The notes under the pieces are model-generated. The model saw only the letters and a list, made by a program, of their open reading frames with translations, searched no databases and was not told the origin of the DNA. Source: an uncultured Planctomycetaceae bacterium (lineage in GTDB: Bacteria > Planctomycetota > Planctomycetia > Planctomycetales > Planctomycetaceae). From it: 64,000 nucleotides of DNA. A program made the position numbers and the translations under genes. The DNA lies in NCBI GenBank assembly GCA_963815195.1, contig CAWFGE010000013.1, positions 352,001 through 416,000 on the forward strand. The letters run 5' to 3'. Positions 9,380 through 18,943 of this stretch are shown piece after piece. Every line of letters starts with the position of its first letter. Positions within the stretch are counted from its first letter, which is position 1.

Positions 9380-9946
9380 ATGGCCATGGACCAAGATGAA
9401 ATCCTGATGGACACCGAAGAACGGATGGAGAAAGCCGTCGATGTGCTGCACGGTCAGCTTCAGGGCTTACGGACTGGGCGGGCGACGCCGGGGCTGGTGG
9501 ATTCGATTCGCGTGGACTACTACGGCTCGCCGACGCCGCTCAAACAAATGGCGAACATCAGCGTGCCGGAACCGCAGCAGATCGTGATCCGCCCCTTCGA
9601 CGCGTCGGCCCTCAGCAACATCGCCAAGGCCATTCAAGCCAGCGACCTGGGGCTCTCGCCGAACTCGGACGGCCGGCTGATTCGGCTGAACATCCCGCCG
9701 CTCTCGACCGAGCGCCGGAAGCAATTGGTCTCGCGGGTGAAGGAGTTGGCGGAAGAGGCCCGGGTCGCCATCCGCAACATCCGCCGGGACGCCAACAAAC
9801 ACGCGGACCAGGCGGAGAAGGAAAAACTCTTCAGCGAAGACATCCGCGACGACACGAAGGATCAGGTCCAGGATCTGACCAAGAAATACGAAGGCAAAGT
9901 CAACGACATAGCCTCCACGAAGGAGACGGAGGTCATGGAGGATTAG
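9380..9946 (+). CDS. frr: Ribosome recycling factor
   Basis: LRTGRATP, VDYYGSPTPL, IPPLSTERR, RVAIRNIRRDAN. Confidence 0.97.
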   Translation: MAMDQDEILMDTEERMEKAVDVLHGQLQGLRTGRATPGLVDSIRVDYYGSPTPLKQMANISVPEPQQIVIRPFDASALSNIAKAIQASDLGLSPNSDGRLIRLNIPPLSTERRKQLVSRVKELAEEARVAIRNIRRDANKHADQAEKEKLFSEDIRDDTKDQVQDLTKKYEGKVNDIASTKETEVMED

Positions 9947-10061
9947 CCTGCGTTCGGGAACGTCGGGCAGAGATGGGGCTGAGGTTCGAGGTTCGATTTT
10001 TTCTGACGGGCTACCTCTAACTTCCAACCTCACTGTCTTTCGCTTTCCTCCCGCCTCACTT

Positions 10062-10889
10062 CTACGCAGCGCGGCGAACGGGTGCGGGAGCGGCGGCGGT
10101 TTCCATCTCCCAGACCTCCTCGGCGAGGCCGCCGTAGTCCTGGGCGCCGGGGCAACTGGGGCAGTAATCGAAGATCGACTGCCCGAAGCTGGGGGCTTCC
10201 GCGAGCTTGATGTTCCGGCGGATTTTGTTGCGGAAGATTCTCGCTTCCGTCCACGGAGCATCCTGGGGGCTGTTTTCCAGGAAGGATTGGAGGTCGTCCT
10301 TCACGTCGGACGCCAACCGCGTGCCGCTTTCGTAAAGGCACATCACGATCCCGGTCACGCGAAGCTGCGGATTGAGCCGCTGCCGGACCAAGGCTGTTGT
10401 CTCAAACAATTTCGACAATCCCTGCAGCGCAAAAAAGTGGGGCTGCAGCGGAATGAAGACTTCATCGGTTGCGGTGAGCGCGTTGACCGTGAGCACCCCT
10501 AAGGAGGGCGGGCAGTCCATGATGATGTAATCGAACAACTCGCTGACGGCCTGGGTTTTGATCGCATTTCGCAGCAGCGATTCCCGGCCGGGCACATCCG
10601 CCAATTCCATCTCCGCCGCCGCCAGGTCCAGATTGGAAGGCACGACCCACAGGGAGGAGTTGACCATCTTGCGGATGTCGGCGAAGGTTTTTTCGCCGGT
10701 GAAAATCTCGTAAACGGTGGGGCTGTCCTCGAATGCTTCGACGCCCAGATGCAGCGACGCGTGCCCCTGCGGATCCAAATCGACCACGCAGACCCGCTTC
10801 CCCAGGTTGGCAAGTCCCGCCGCCAGGTTCACGCTGGTGGTGGTTTTGCCCACGCCGCCTTTTTGATTCATCACTGTAATCGTGCGCAT
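10062..10889 (-). CDS. ParA/Soj family ATPase
   Basis: [37 protein letters not shown]; no adjacent parB. Confidence 0.92.
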   Translation of the reverse strand: MRTITVMNQKGGVGKTTTSVNLAAGLANLGKRVCVVDLDPQGHASLHLGVEAFEDSPTVYEIFTGEKTFADIRKMVNSSLWVVPSNLDLAAAEMELADVPGRESLLRNAIKTQAVSELFDYIIMDCPPSLGVLTVNALTATDEVFIPLQPHFFALQGLSKLFETTALVRQRLNPQLRVTGIVMCLYESGTRLASDVKDDLQSFLENSPQDAPWTEARIFRNKIRRNIKLAEAPSFGQSIFDYCPSCPGAQDYGGLAEEVWEMETAAAPAPVRRAA

Positions 10890-11012
10890 CGGGAATCCTT
10901 CCCCCGTTTCAAGTCAAGATCGAGCCTCGGCGGGAGTATAATCGGGAGCCAATTTCACAGAAAGGGCAATTCGCCGCTGTTCATTTGACGCCAAGGAACG
11001 GCGAAACCCCGC

Positions 11013-12041
11013 TCACGCGCCGGGGCGAATGTCGATCTCTGTCGTCAGGTCATCGATGTCGATGCACGTGATTTCCACGTCGAGAAACTTGCGGATGACC
11101 TCGGCATTGGTCGTGGTGTGCAGCGTGATCGGCGATCCGGTTCGATAGCGACCGCCCTGTCCCAAGGCCAACGGGATCAAGAGTTGATCCGCCAGATGCG
11201 GGCCGACCGGCGCAGTCGTTTTCAGATAGGCTTTGCACTCGCGGACCAAACCCGCGGCCACCTTCTCGGCCGGGACGCCTTTTTCTCCCAAGGCGGAAAA
11301 TAACTCCGTCACCGACCCGGCGTCGATCGCGACCATCACAATATTGCCCGGCCCCCGCGCGGTCGTGTCCGTTTCGATTTCCCGCTGCCAGTTCCCGAAA
11401 GGCAATCGCCGGGAGAGAACATCCAACTCCCGCTCGGCGATGTGTTCGGGCAATTGCGAGACAATCGCCTTCGCCGAGCACTTGGGTTTTTGATGGCGTT
11501 CGAGCAGCGTCAACGATCCTAATCGTTCCACGGGTTGAATCGTCGCTTCGACCAGGCCGCCGCCGACCGGATAGAAACCCCGGCGGAGCAATTTCAAGGA
11601 CACCTTTGGTCCCAGCTTTTCCAACAGCGGCAGAAAAGTCGATTGCAAAAAATCGAACGGCGGGGCCATCGTGTTGTGGGTGCCGCCTTCCAAGGTGAGA
11701 TGCGAAGGCTCGGCGGCGGTCATCAGCACCGGCAGGACTGTTTGCAGAACGAGCATCGTGCTGCCCGCGGTGCCGATGTCGAAGCGGTAATGCCCCGGCG
11801 AAACGGGACCGGGCTCGAACGTGACTTCCCGCGATTCCAGTTGATCGCCCGTGGCCTCTGCCCCGCTGATTTCCGCCGCCGCCCGCACACAGGTCAGGTG
11901 CTGCCGTTTGAGTCCGGGCTTTTTGCGGTTGGCCCGGAGATTGAACATCCGAAACGGCTTTCCGGTCGCCATCGAAAGCGCGAGCGACGTGCGGAGCATC
12001 TGCCCGCCGCCTTCGCCGTGGGAACCGTCGATTTCAATCAT
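11013..12041 (-). CDS. rtcA: RNA 3'-terminal phosphate cyclase
   Basis: IDGSHGEGGGQMLR, PGLKRQHL, GFYPVGGG, HLADQLL, HTTTN; ATG at 12041 overlaps the upstream stop (ATGA). Confidence 0.93.
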   Translation of the reverse strand: MIEIDGSHGEGGGQMLRTSLALSMATGKPFRMFNLRANRKKPGLKRQHLTCVRAAAEISGAEATGDQLESREVTFEPGPVSPGHYRFDIGTAGSTMLVLQTVLPVLMTAAEPSHLTLEGGTHNTMAPPFDFLQSTFLPLLEKLGPKVSLKLLRRGFYPVGGGLVEATIQPVERLGSLTLLERHQKPKCSAKAIVSQLPEHIAERELDVLSRRLPFGNWQREIETDTTARGPGNIVMVAIDAGSVTELFSALGEKGVPAEKVAAGLVRECKAYLKTTAPVGPHLADQLLIPLALGQGGRYRTGSPITLHTTTNAEVIRKFLDVEITCIDIDDLTTEIDIRPGA

Positions 12042-12823
12042 GAAGGAACTTCCGGTTCGTTTTCGGAGGGATTCTGATAGAGGCTTTCTTCGAGGGCTTC
12101 CATGACTTCGCCGAGCGGGGCGTTGATCACCAGATCGGCGACGGCGTCGAGCGGGGTTTCGTCCCGGTTGATGATCACGAGCTTCGCCCCGTTCCTCGCG
12201 GCGATCTCGGGAAGCTGGGCCGCGGGATACACGACCAGCGAAGAGCCGAGCGTCAAAAACACGTCGGCTTCCATCGCCCACGTCGCCGCCGTTCGCAGGA
12301 CATCCGCCGGCAACGCCTGGCCGAAGGAGACGGTGGCGTGCTTCAACAGCCCCTGGCATTCCGGACATTCGGGAACGGTCTGGGTTTTCAAAAACTCCCG
12401 CACCAACGGGTCGGCCGGGGTGCGGTAGCTGCAATCGAGACAGGCGATTTCCATCGCGGTGCCGTGGAGTTCCAACACGGCCCGGCTGCCGGCCCGCTGG
12501 TGCAGGCCGTCGATGTTTTGCGTAATCACGCCGCGGAGCAAACCTAATTCTTCCCAGCGGGCCAAGGCGCGGTGCGTGATGTTGGGCTCGGCTGTAAACA
12601 TGGATTCGTGGGACTCGGACTTCTGCCGCCAGTATTCCTGCCGGGCGTCGGCAAACCGCACGAAATCGTCAAAATACACCGGCTGCGACTTGGCCCACAC
12701 GCCGCCGGGACTGCGAAAATCGGGAATCCCGCTCTCCGTGGAAATCCCCGCGCCCGTAAAAGCCACCGCGGAACGGGCCGTCATTAGCCAGGCAATCAAC
12801 TGCTCTTTCATCTTTTCTTGCAT
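12038..12823 (-). CDS. Sir2-family NAD-dependent protein deacylase
   Basis: GAGISTESGIPDFR, TQNIDGLH, ELHG, two CxxC zinc pairs, LGSSLVVYPAA, IIN. Confidence 0.93.
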   Translation of the reverse strand: MQEKMKEQLIAWLMTARSAVAFTGAGISTESGIPDFRSPGGVWAKSQPVYFDDFVRFADARQEYWRQKSESHESMFTAEPNITHRALARWEELGLLRGVITQNIDGLHQRAGSRAVLELHGTAMEIACLDCSYRTPADPLVREFLKTQTVPECPECQGLLKHATVSFGQALPADVLRTAATWAMEADVFLTLGSSLVVYPAAQLPEIAARNGAKLVIINRDETPLDAVADLVINAPLGEVMEALEESLYQNPSENEPEVPS

Positions 12824-12862
12824 GGACCGTTCCTCTCGGATTGGCTCTCGCACGGGTGCCAC

Positions 12863-14044
12863 CTAATCCGCCCTCCGCCCAGTTGATAACTGCTCTTCCA
12901 AGGCGGGGCGGAGTTCGTGGAGCCGTTTCCACATTCGCGAGCCGTCCTCGGCCCGGCGTTTGACGACGGAATCCCAATAACCCAGCAGCCGAGCCCGGTC
13001 CTGAGCTTCATCCTTGAGCACCACGCCCAACAGCAGTCCCGGCACCAAGGACAACGGGTCGCCCGGCCCCGGAAAATACGCCGCCTGCCGGCCGATGGAC
13101 GTCGCGATGGCGACGGCCTCCGCGGTGCTCATCACGGTGCTGGGCTTTTCGACCGACCAGCCTTCCGAAGTCCGGCCTTCGCGGAGATCGCGAAACGCCG
13201 TCACCAGCACATCGAGAACGCCTTCGTCCACGCTGAACTCCACGCCCCCGCGGGCCAAAAGCGCGATGGCCTGACTTTTCACCAGATTGACTTCGCGGTC
13301 GTGGTCGGAGATGGGCGGGATGACCTCGAAGTTGAACCGCCGTTTGAGCGCGGCCGACATCTCGGACACGCCCCGGTCCCGCAGGTTCGCGGTGGCGATC
13401 AAGTTGAATCCTTGGGAAGCGAACACGCTGCCCGTTTCGCCGGAGAGTTCGGGGATCATCAGCCGGCGTTCCGACAATAGCGAAATGAGCGCATCCTGAA
13501 CTTCCGGGAGGCAACGGGTGACTTCTTCCACGCGGACGAGTTGGCCGTCCCGCATGCCGGTCATAATCGGCGAAGGCACCAAGGCCTGTTCGCTCGGGCC
13601 TTGGGCGAGCAGCAAGGCGTAATTCCACGAATAGCGGAAATGGTCTTCGGTGGCCCCGGCGGTGCCTTGGATGGTGAGGGAACTCGTGCCGCTGATCGCC
13701 GCCGCCAACAGTTCCGAGAGCATCGACTTCGCAGTGCCGGGTTCGCCGACCAAGAGCAACCCGCGTTCGCCCGCGAGCGTGACTACGCAGCGTTCGACGA
13801 CCGCGCGTTCGCCGATGAACTTTTCCGAAATCTCCAACGACTTGGGCACGCCCTTGGCGGCTTTGGCTCCCTTGGGAAGTTTCAATTTCTCCCCGCCCGA
13901 GCCGCAAATAAACTCCACAACCCGCGCGGGCGAAAGCTGCCAGCCCTCCGGCTTCGGGCCCTCATCGATCGCCGCCAGAAACGCCAGCTCCTCGGCAAAC
14001 CGCTCCTCCGCCGGCGGAGCTTGATGTTTTGAATGGTCGCTCAT
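12863..14044 (-). CDS. MoxR-like AAA+ ATPase, YehL type
   Basis: GEPGTAKSMLSE, RVEEVTRC, ATANLRDRGVSEMSAALKRRFNF, STVMSTAEAV. Confidence 0.85.
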   Translation of the reverse strand: MSDHSKHQAPPAEERFAEELAFLAAIDEGPKPEGWQLSPARVVEFICGSGGEKLKLPKGAKAAKGVPKSLEISEKFIGERAVVERCVVTLAGERGLLLVGEPGTAKSMLSELLAAAISGTSSLTIQGTAGATEDHFRYSWNYALLLAQGPSEQALVPSPIMTGMRDGQLVRVEEVTRCLPEVQDALISLLSERRLMIPELSGETGSVFASQGFNLIATANLRDRGVSEMSAALKRRFNFEVIPPISDHDREVNLVKSQAIALLARGGVEFSVDEGVLDVLVTAFRDLREGRTSEGWSVEKPSTVMSTAEAVAIATSIGRQAAYFPGPGDPLSLVPGLLLGVVLKDEAQDRARLLGYWDSVVKRRAEDGSRMWKRLHELRPALEEQLSTGRRAD

Positions 14045-14135
14045 GGTCTCAGGTGGGGTTGGACGTGTTGGGGGACGCCGTCAGGTGAAAGAACGATCAT
14101 CCAAAGATTTCCCGCCGTTGGCAACTGATTTTCTC

Positions 14136-14873
14136 TCAGGTCGTCGCCGACCCCAACAGCACGTTCATCAGCAGGCCCAAGGCAATGCCGATCAACGCGA
14201 CGTAAACCAGTTTTTGAAACCGCCCCGGGGAAATGCGGCGGCTCAAGAAATGCCCGGTGCCAAATGCGAGCGCGGTCAGCGGCAGGCACATCATGTAATG
14301 CCAAAGCACGGCTTTCGTCCAAAACCCCGCGAGCGCATGCGAAGCCAGCACCATCGATCCCGCGAGCAAAAAGTATCCCTGCAGCGTCGCCCGGAATTGC
14401 TGGATCGACCATTGGCGAAGGAAACCGAAGATCACCAAAGGCGGCCCGTGGGTGTTGTAGGCTCCGCCCAGAACGCCCGCGACCCAGCCGAACAGCACCG
14501 CCCAGCGGTCGCTTTTCAAATGAAACCGGCGGGGATGAGCCAGGTTGAAGACCGCGAAACTCAAAATCACGCCGGCCAAGACGCCTTTGACAATTCGCTC
14601 GTCCAGGCTCGTCAAAAGCCAAATCCCGAGGGGAATGCCGAACACCGCGCCGATCACCAGCCGGGCGGTGGCGCCGAACTCCATGTGCCGCCAATCCGCC
14701 GCGACGATCGCCACGGTCACGGTCATCGACACCATCGCCACCAAAGGCGTGGCAAAGGACAAAGGCACCAGAAACGCCAACAAAGGCATCGCCAAGAGCG
14801 CATTGCCGAACCCAAACGTGCATTGCACCAAGGTGGCCAGAAACATCACGCTCAAAATCCAAGGAGTCGGCAT
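14136..14873 (-). CDS. Sulfite exporter TauE/SafE family membrane protein
   Basis: FGFGNALLAMPLL, GVLGGAYNTHGPPLV, FRATL; about 8 TM helices. Confidence 0.85.
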   Translation of the reverse strand: MPTPWILSVMFLATLVQCTFGFGNALLAMPLLAFLVPLSFATPLVAMVSMTVTVAIVAADWRHMEFGATARLVIGAVFGIPLGIWLLTSLDERIVKGVLAGVILSFAVFNLAHPRRFHLKSDRWAVLFGWVAGVLGGAYNTHGPPLVIFGFLRQWSIQQFRATLQGYFLLAGSMVLASHALAGFWTKAVLWHYMMCLPLTALAFGTGHFLSRRISPGRFQKLVYVALIGIALGLLMNVLLGSATT

Positions 14874-15085
14874 CGCCCAAAGGTATTGGGCCGCCCTTCC
14901 GCTTTCAAGCGAGCGTCTCCGTCTCCCATTCGCCGCATCTCCCGGCAGGCTGACCGCTTGCATCTCGGCGAAAGAGTTTCTACTATTTGGACAGCGAAAA
15001 ATGTGAAAATCTGCGGATTCATCCAAACCCAAAACACCCAAAGGATCGCCAAGAAAATAATTTAAACTTTTGAGAGACTCAACAT

Positions 15086-15118
15086 GACCAGGGGGCTTAC
15101 GCCCCCCGCTCGCCTTTT
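15086..15118. repeat. REP family A copy
   Basis: Exact 33-bp reverse complement of 16828-16860. Confidence 0.85.
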
Positions 15119-15214
15119 GTCACTATGTTGAAGTTATTTTCTTGACATTCCAAAGCCGATTTCGCCGTCCCGCCGACTTGATCCAAAAACCCCCGAGAGT
15201 GCAACAACCGTGTG

Positions 15215-15745
15215 ATGGCTGACGACCTCATCTTTATGATGGGAAAGTACGAAGCCCGGATCCCGACCGACCGCTGGTACGCTCCCAACCATTTGTGGCT
15301 CCAATCCTGCCAGGGCGATGGCCAATCGCCTTACCGGGTGGGGTTCACCGCGTACTCGGTGCGGATGCTCCAGGACGTGTATTTCCTGGAGTGGACCATC
15401 GACCCGGAGACCCAAGTCAAAGAACGGCAAGAGATTGGGGAAATCGAAAGCTCGAAGGCCCTTTCCAGTCTGTATTCGCCTTATGCCGGGAAGTTGTTGA
15501 GTTTTAACGAGGCGCTCTTGGACGATCCCTCCGCGATCAATGCCGACAACTACGGCGGCGGCTGGCTGTTCGAACTGGACACCGCCGCCAAACTGTTGTC
15601 CCCGGAAGAGTACGTCGAGCGATTGGAAGCAGGTTGGGAAAAAGATCAGCGGCTGATCAAGGGGCAGATTCAGTACGCGCAATCGTCATTTTTGATTATT
15701 GAGAATAGAGCACCGACATGGCCGGCAAAAAAATCACCGTGGTGA
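15215..15745 (+). CDS. Glycine cleavage H-like (lipoyl-carrier) protein
   Basis: [17 protein letters not shown] (lipoyl Lys position), [23 protein letters not shown]; no gcvT/gcvP nearby; the C-terminal residues after KGQIQ may be read-through. Confidence 0.82.
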   Translation: MADDLIFMMGKYEARIPTDRWYAPNHLWLQSCQGDGQSPYRVGFTAYSVRMLQDVYFLEWTIDPETQVKERQEIGEIESSKALSSLYSPYAGKLLSFNEALLDDPSAINADNYGGGWLFELDTAAKLLSPEEYVERLEAGWEKDQRLIKGQIQYAQSSFLIIENRAPTWPAKKSPW

Positions 15746-16794
15746 TTTCCCAGCACCAGGGAAAAAACCCCGTCAAACGCAACCTCGAAGAAGAAATCGC
15801 GGCGGACCTCATCATGGCGTCCGATGTGGATGTGTCCATCGTGCCGCACATTTACGACATGAGCGCGGACCACACCGGGATGCTGTTTCTCCGCTCGGTG
15901 CCGGGAAACGTGGTGATTCTGTCCTGGCTCTATCCGCGGGCGGCCCGGTGGATTCTCGACCGCCAGGGCGTGCGCGGGCACGAAGGGATCACGCTCCTCA
16001 AGTCGGAAGAGGAAGAAGACATCGACGAGGAAAACGTCCCGGAGCCTCAGGGCATCGGCTCGGTGAACATCCCCAATCGCAAAATTTACGTGCTGGATTT
16101 GCGGAGCAGCACCGACCCCAAAACGTATCTGAATGAAATCCGCCGCATCGCCCAGGAATCCAGCGTCCAAACCGTGCAACTTTTGGACTGGATCGAAGGC
16201 AGTCCGAAAAAAGAGCAACTCGACCGCTACCTCGCCCCCCAATCGGCCCCGAATGACAACGGCAACGGAAACGGCCAAGCCGCCGCCAACGGCAACGGGC
16301 ATTCCCATAAACAAACCGGCAACGGGCACGTGATCGAGGAAGCGACCAAACGCCGCTGGTATCCGGTGATCGATTACACCCGCTGCACGAATTGCATGGA
16401 GTGCATCGACTTTTGTTTGTTCGGCGTGTACGGCGTGGATCAGCTCGACCGCATCCTCGTCGAGGAGCAGGACAACTGCAAAAAAGGCTGCCCCGCGTGC
16501 AGCCGGGTTTGCCCGGAAAACGCAATCATCTTCCCCGGCCATAAAGATTCCGCGATCGCCGGGGCCAACGGCGAAGTGGGCAATTTGAAGATCGACCTCT
16601 CCAAGCTCTTCGGAGCGACGGACAAATCGCCCTTGGAAATGGCCGTCGCCGAGCGGGATGCCGAGCTCGTCGCCGACGGCCGGGACGCGGTGGGCATGTC
16701 CGTGGGCGTCCCCAACCACAACACCAACCTCGACCAGGCCGAGGAAGACGAGCTGGACGATCTGATGGACGGCTTGGATGACCTCGACCTGTAG
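15718..16794 (+). CDS. Two-domain protein with a C-terminal 2x[4Fe-4S] ferredoxin domain
   Basis: [11 protein letters not shown] and [13 protein letters not shown]; Asn/Gly-rich linker; acidic tail. Confidence 0.85.
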   Translation: MAGKKITVVISQHQGKNPVKRNLEEEIAADLIMASDVDVSIVPHIYDMSADHTGMLFLRSVPGNVVILSWLYPRAARWILDRQGVRGHEGITLLKSEEEEDIDEENVPEPQGIGSVNIPNRKIYVLDLRSSTDPKTYLNEIRRIAQESSVQTVQLLDWIEGSPKKEQLDRYLAPQSAPNDNGNGNGQAAANGNGHSHKQTGNGHVIEEATKRRWYPVIDYTRCTNCMECIDFCLFGVYGVDQLDRILVEEQDNCKKGCPACSRVCPENAIIFPGHKDSAIAGANGEVGNLKIDLSKLFGATDKSPLEMAVAERDAELVADGRDAVGMSVGVPNHNTNLDQAEEDELDDLMDGLDDLDL

Positions 16795-16827
16795 AAGTCC
16801 CAAGGACCAAGCACCAATGACCAATAG

Positions 16828-16860
16828 AAAAGGCGAGCGGGGGGCGTAAGCCCCCTGGTC
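16828..16860. repeat. REP family A copy
   Basis: AAAAGGCGAGCGGGGGGCGTAAGCCCCCTGGTC. Confidence 0.85.
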
Positions 16861-16904
16861 CTTCAAATAGAGCATAGGCGCAAAAACTCAGACGGGTTGC
16901 AAAA

Positions 16905-18909
16905 TTGTTCAATTCCAGGCTCACGCAATGCTATGACGCGGCGCGGTCGGCACTGCTGGCCGAGCGCACGACGGACGGGCATTGGGTGGGGGAACTTTCC
17001 ACGTCCGCCCTCTCCACCGCGACGGCGGTGATGGCCCTGGAAATGGTCCAGCGCGACGGCGGCGGCGAGTTTTCGGAATGGATCGCAGGCGGTCTTAAGT
17101 GGCTTGCGAAGCACCAAAACCCCGACGGCGGTTGGGGCGATACCACCAAAAGCCTGAGCAATATCTCCACCACGATGCTCGCCCGCGCGGTGTTTCATGC
17201 GACAGGAACCGAGGCCCAATATCACCTCGTCGTTCGCAAAGCGATGGTTTGGATCAATCGAGAAGGCGGCGTGCCCGCGATCGTTGCCCGCTACGGCAAG
17301 GACAAAACGTTTTCGATCCCGATCCTCACCCACTGCGCCCTCGCGGGGTTGGTCAATTGGAAAGAAGTCCAGGCGTTGCCTTTCGAGTCTGGCTTGCGTG
17401 CCGGCCCGGTTTTATAAGACCGTCAAGCTGCCCGTGGTGAGTTATGCCCTCCCCGCTTTGATCGCGATCGGCCAGGTTCGGCATCATCACAAGAAAACCT
17501 GGAACCCAATCACACGCTTCCTGCGCTGGTGGGCCAAGAACCCGAGTCTCCGGGTTTTGGAAAGAATCCAACCCGATAACGGCGGATTTCTGGAAGCCGC
17601 GCCGCTGACGAGCTTTGTCACGATGAGTCTCGCCGGGATGGGATTATCAAAGCATCCCGTGGCGAAAAAGGGCGTGGAGTTTTTGCTCCAGTCCGTCCGC
17701 GAAGACGGCAGTTGGCCGATCGACACCAACCTCGCGACTTGGACGACGACGCTCGTGGTCAATGCCCTGGGTGATGATTTGCCTGAAGAAGATCGGCCCG
17801 CGATTCGAGATTGGCTCATCAATCAGCAATATAAAACGCTGCACCCCTACACCAACGCCGACCCCGGCGGCTGGGCGTGGACCAACCTCCCCGGCGGCGT
17901 GCCCGATGCCGATGACACGCCGGGGGCGATCTTGGCACTCGTGCAGTTGAGGACGAACGAAAGGGAACACAATTCCCCAAGCCGACGACTTGTCGTCGGT
18001 CCCCCTCACCCGAGCCCTCTCCCCCAAGGGGAGGAGGGACAAAGCCCTCGGGATTCCGAAGTTTCAGAAGCGATTGGCAATGGCATCGATTGGCTGGTGG
18101 GCCTGCAAAACCGCGATGGCGGGTTTCCCACGTTTTGCCGGGGTTGGGGGACGCTGCCCTTCGACCGCAGTGCCCCGGACCTCACCGCCCATTGCTTGAG
18201 AGCAATGATTGTCTTTCGTAATCGGCAGCGATGGCTCGATCTCCACACGCCCATTGAACGGCGTGATGATCTCGATGATTTCGTCAACGACGTCTGTGAG
18301 TATCAGCAAGCGATTGCCTACGGCGGAATCGTCCATCCGCTCGATTCCGCTTCAGTCGATGCGACGACGAAGGCATTTAAGTTCTTGGCGAGTTCCCAGC
18401 AGCCCAACGGTTCCTGGCTGCCTTTGTGGTTTGGCAATCAACATGCGCCCGACGACATCAACCCCACCTACGGCACTGCTCGCGTATTGGCGGCGTATCG
18501 GGACGCGCGAGATCAAACGAACCCAATCGCCCTTCGCGGGGTTGAATGGTTAAAGAACAACCAGAACGCCGATGGCGGTTGGGGCGGCGTTTTGGGGACG
18601 CCTTCGAGCGTGGAAGAGACGGCCCTCGCGACGGAGATTCTCTTGTCCTGGGAACCGCACGGGGAACACGCCCGGCGGGGATTGGAATGGCTGATGGACC
18701 GCGTCGAGGACGGCCGCTACCGCGAGACGACGCCCATCGGTTTCTATTTCGCCAAATTATGGTATTTTGAGAGCCTGTATCCGCTCATTTTTACCGTCGC
18801 CACTTTAAGACGTGCCGTACAGACGTTCCGAAAGCCCCCGGCAAAAGCCGCCAGACACCAACCGCAGCGAAAAACCCCCGCCGCTGTTTCCCCGACGCCC
18901 GATGAATGA
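16905..18909 (+). CDS. Squalene-hopene cyclase-like class II terpene cyclase (one +1 indel at about 17388)
   Basis: [16 protein letters not shown] repeats ([30 protein letters not shown]), DADD motif in [19 protein letters not shown]; removing the T at 17388 joins ORFs 16905-17417 and 17197-18909 (LPFELACVP). Confidence 0.85.
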
Positions 18910-18943
18910 ACTTTGAGACCCACGGCAAGCGGCCGCCGGCGGC

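Noticed and set aside
12042..12434. Apparent N-terminal extension of RtcA suggesting a fusion
   Set aside because: It is an alternative frame of the sirtuin gene; the RtcA motif starts at 12041
12038..14044. Sir2 plus ATPase as an anti-phage system (Thoeris or Sir2-HerA type)
   Set aside because: The sirtuin has the zinc-binding CxxC pairs and all motifs of housekeeping deacylases, and the ATPase is MoxR-like rather than HerA or STAND
15215..15745. Canonical glycine cleavage operon
   Set aside because: No gcvT or gcvP nearby and the protein is divergent from standard GcvH
16796..16826. Short heptamer-like repeats (CCAAGGA/CCAAGCA/CCAATGA); similar low-complexity runs at 9980-10032 and 63755-63800
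   Set aside because: Too short and degenerate to assign any function
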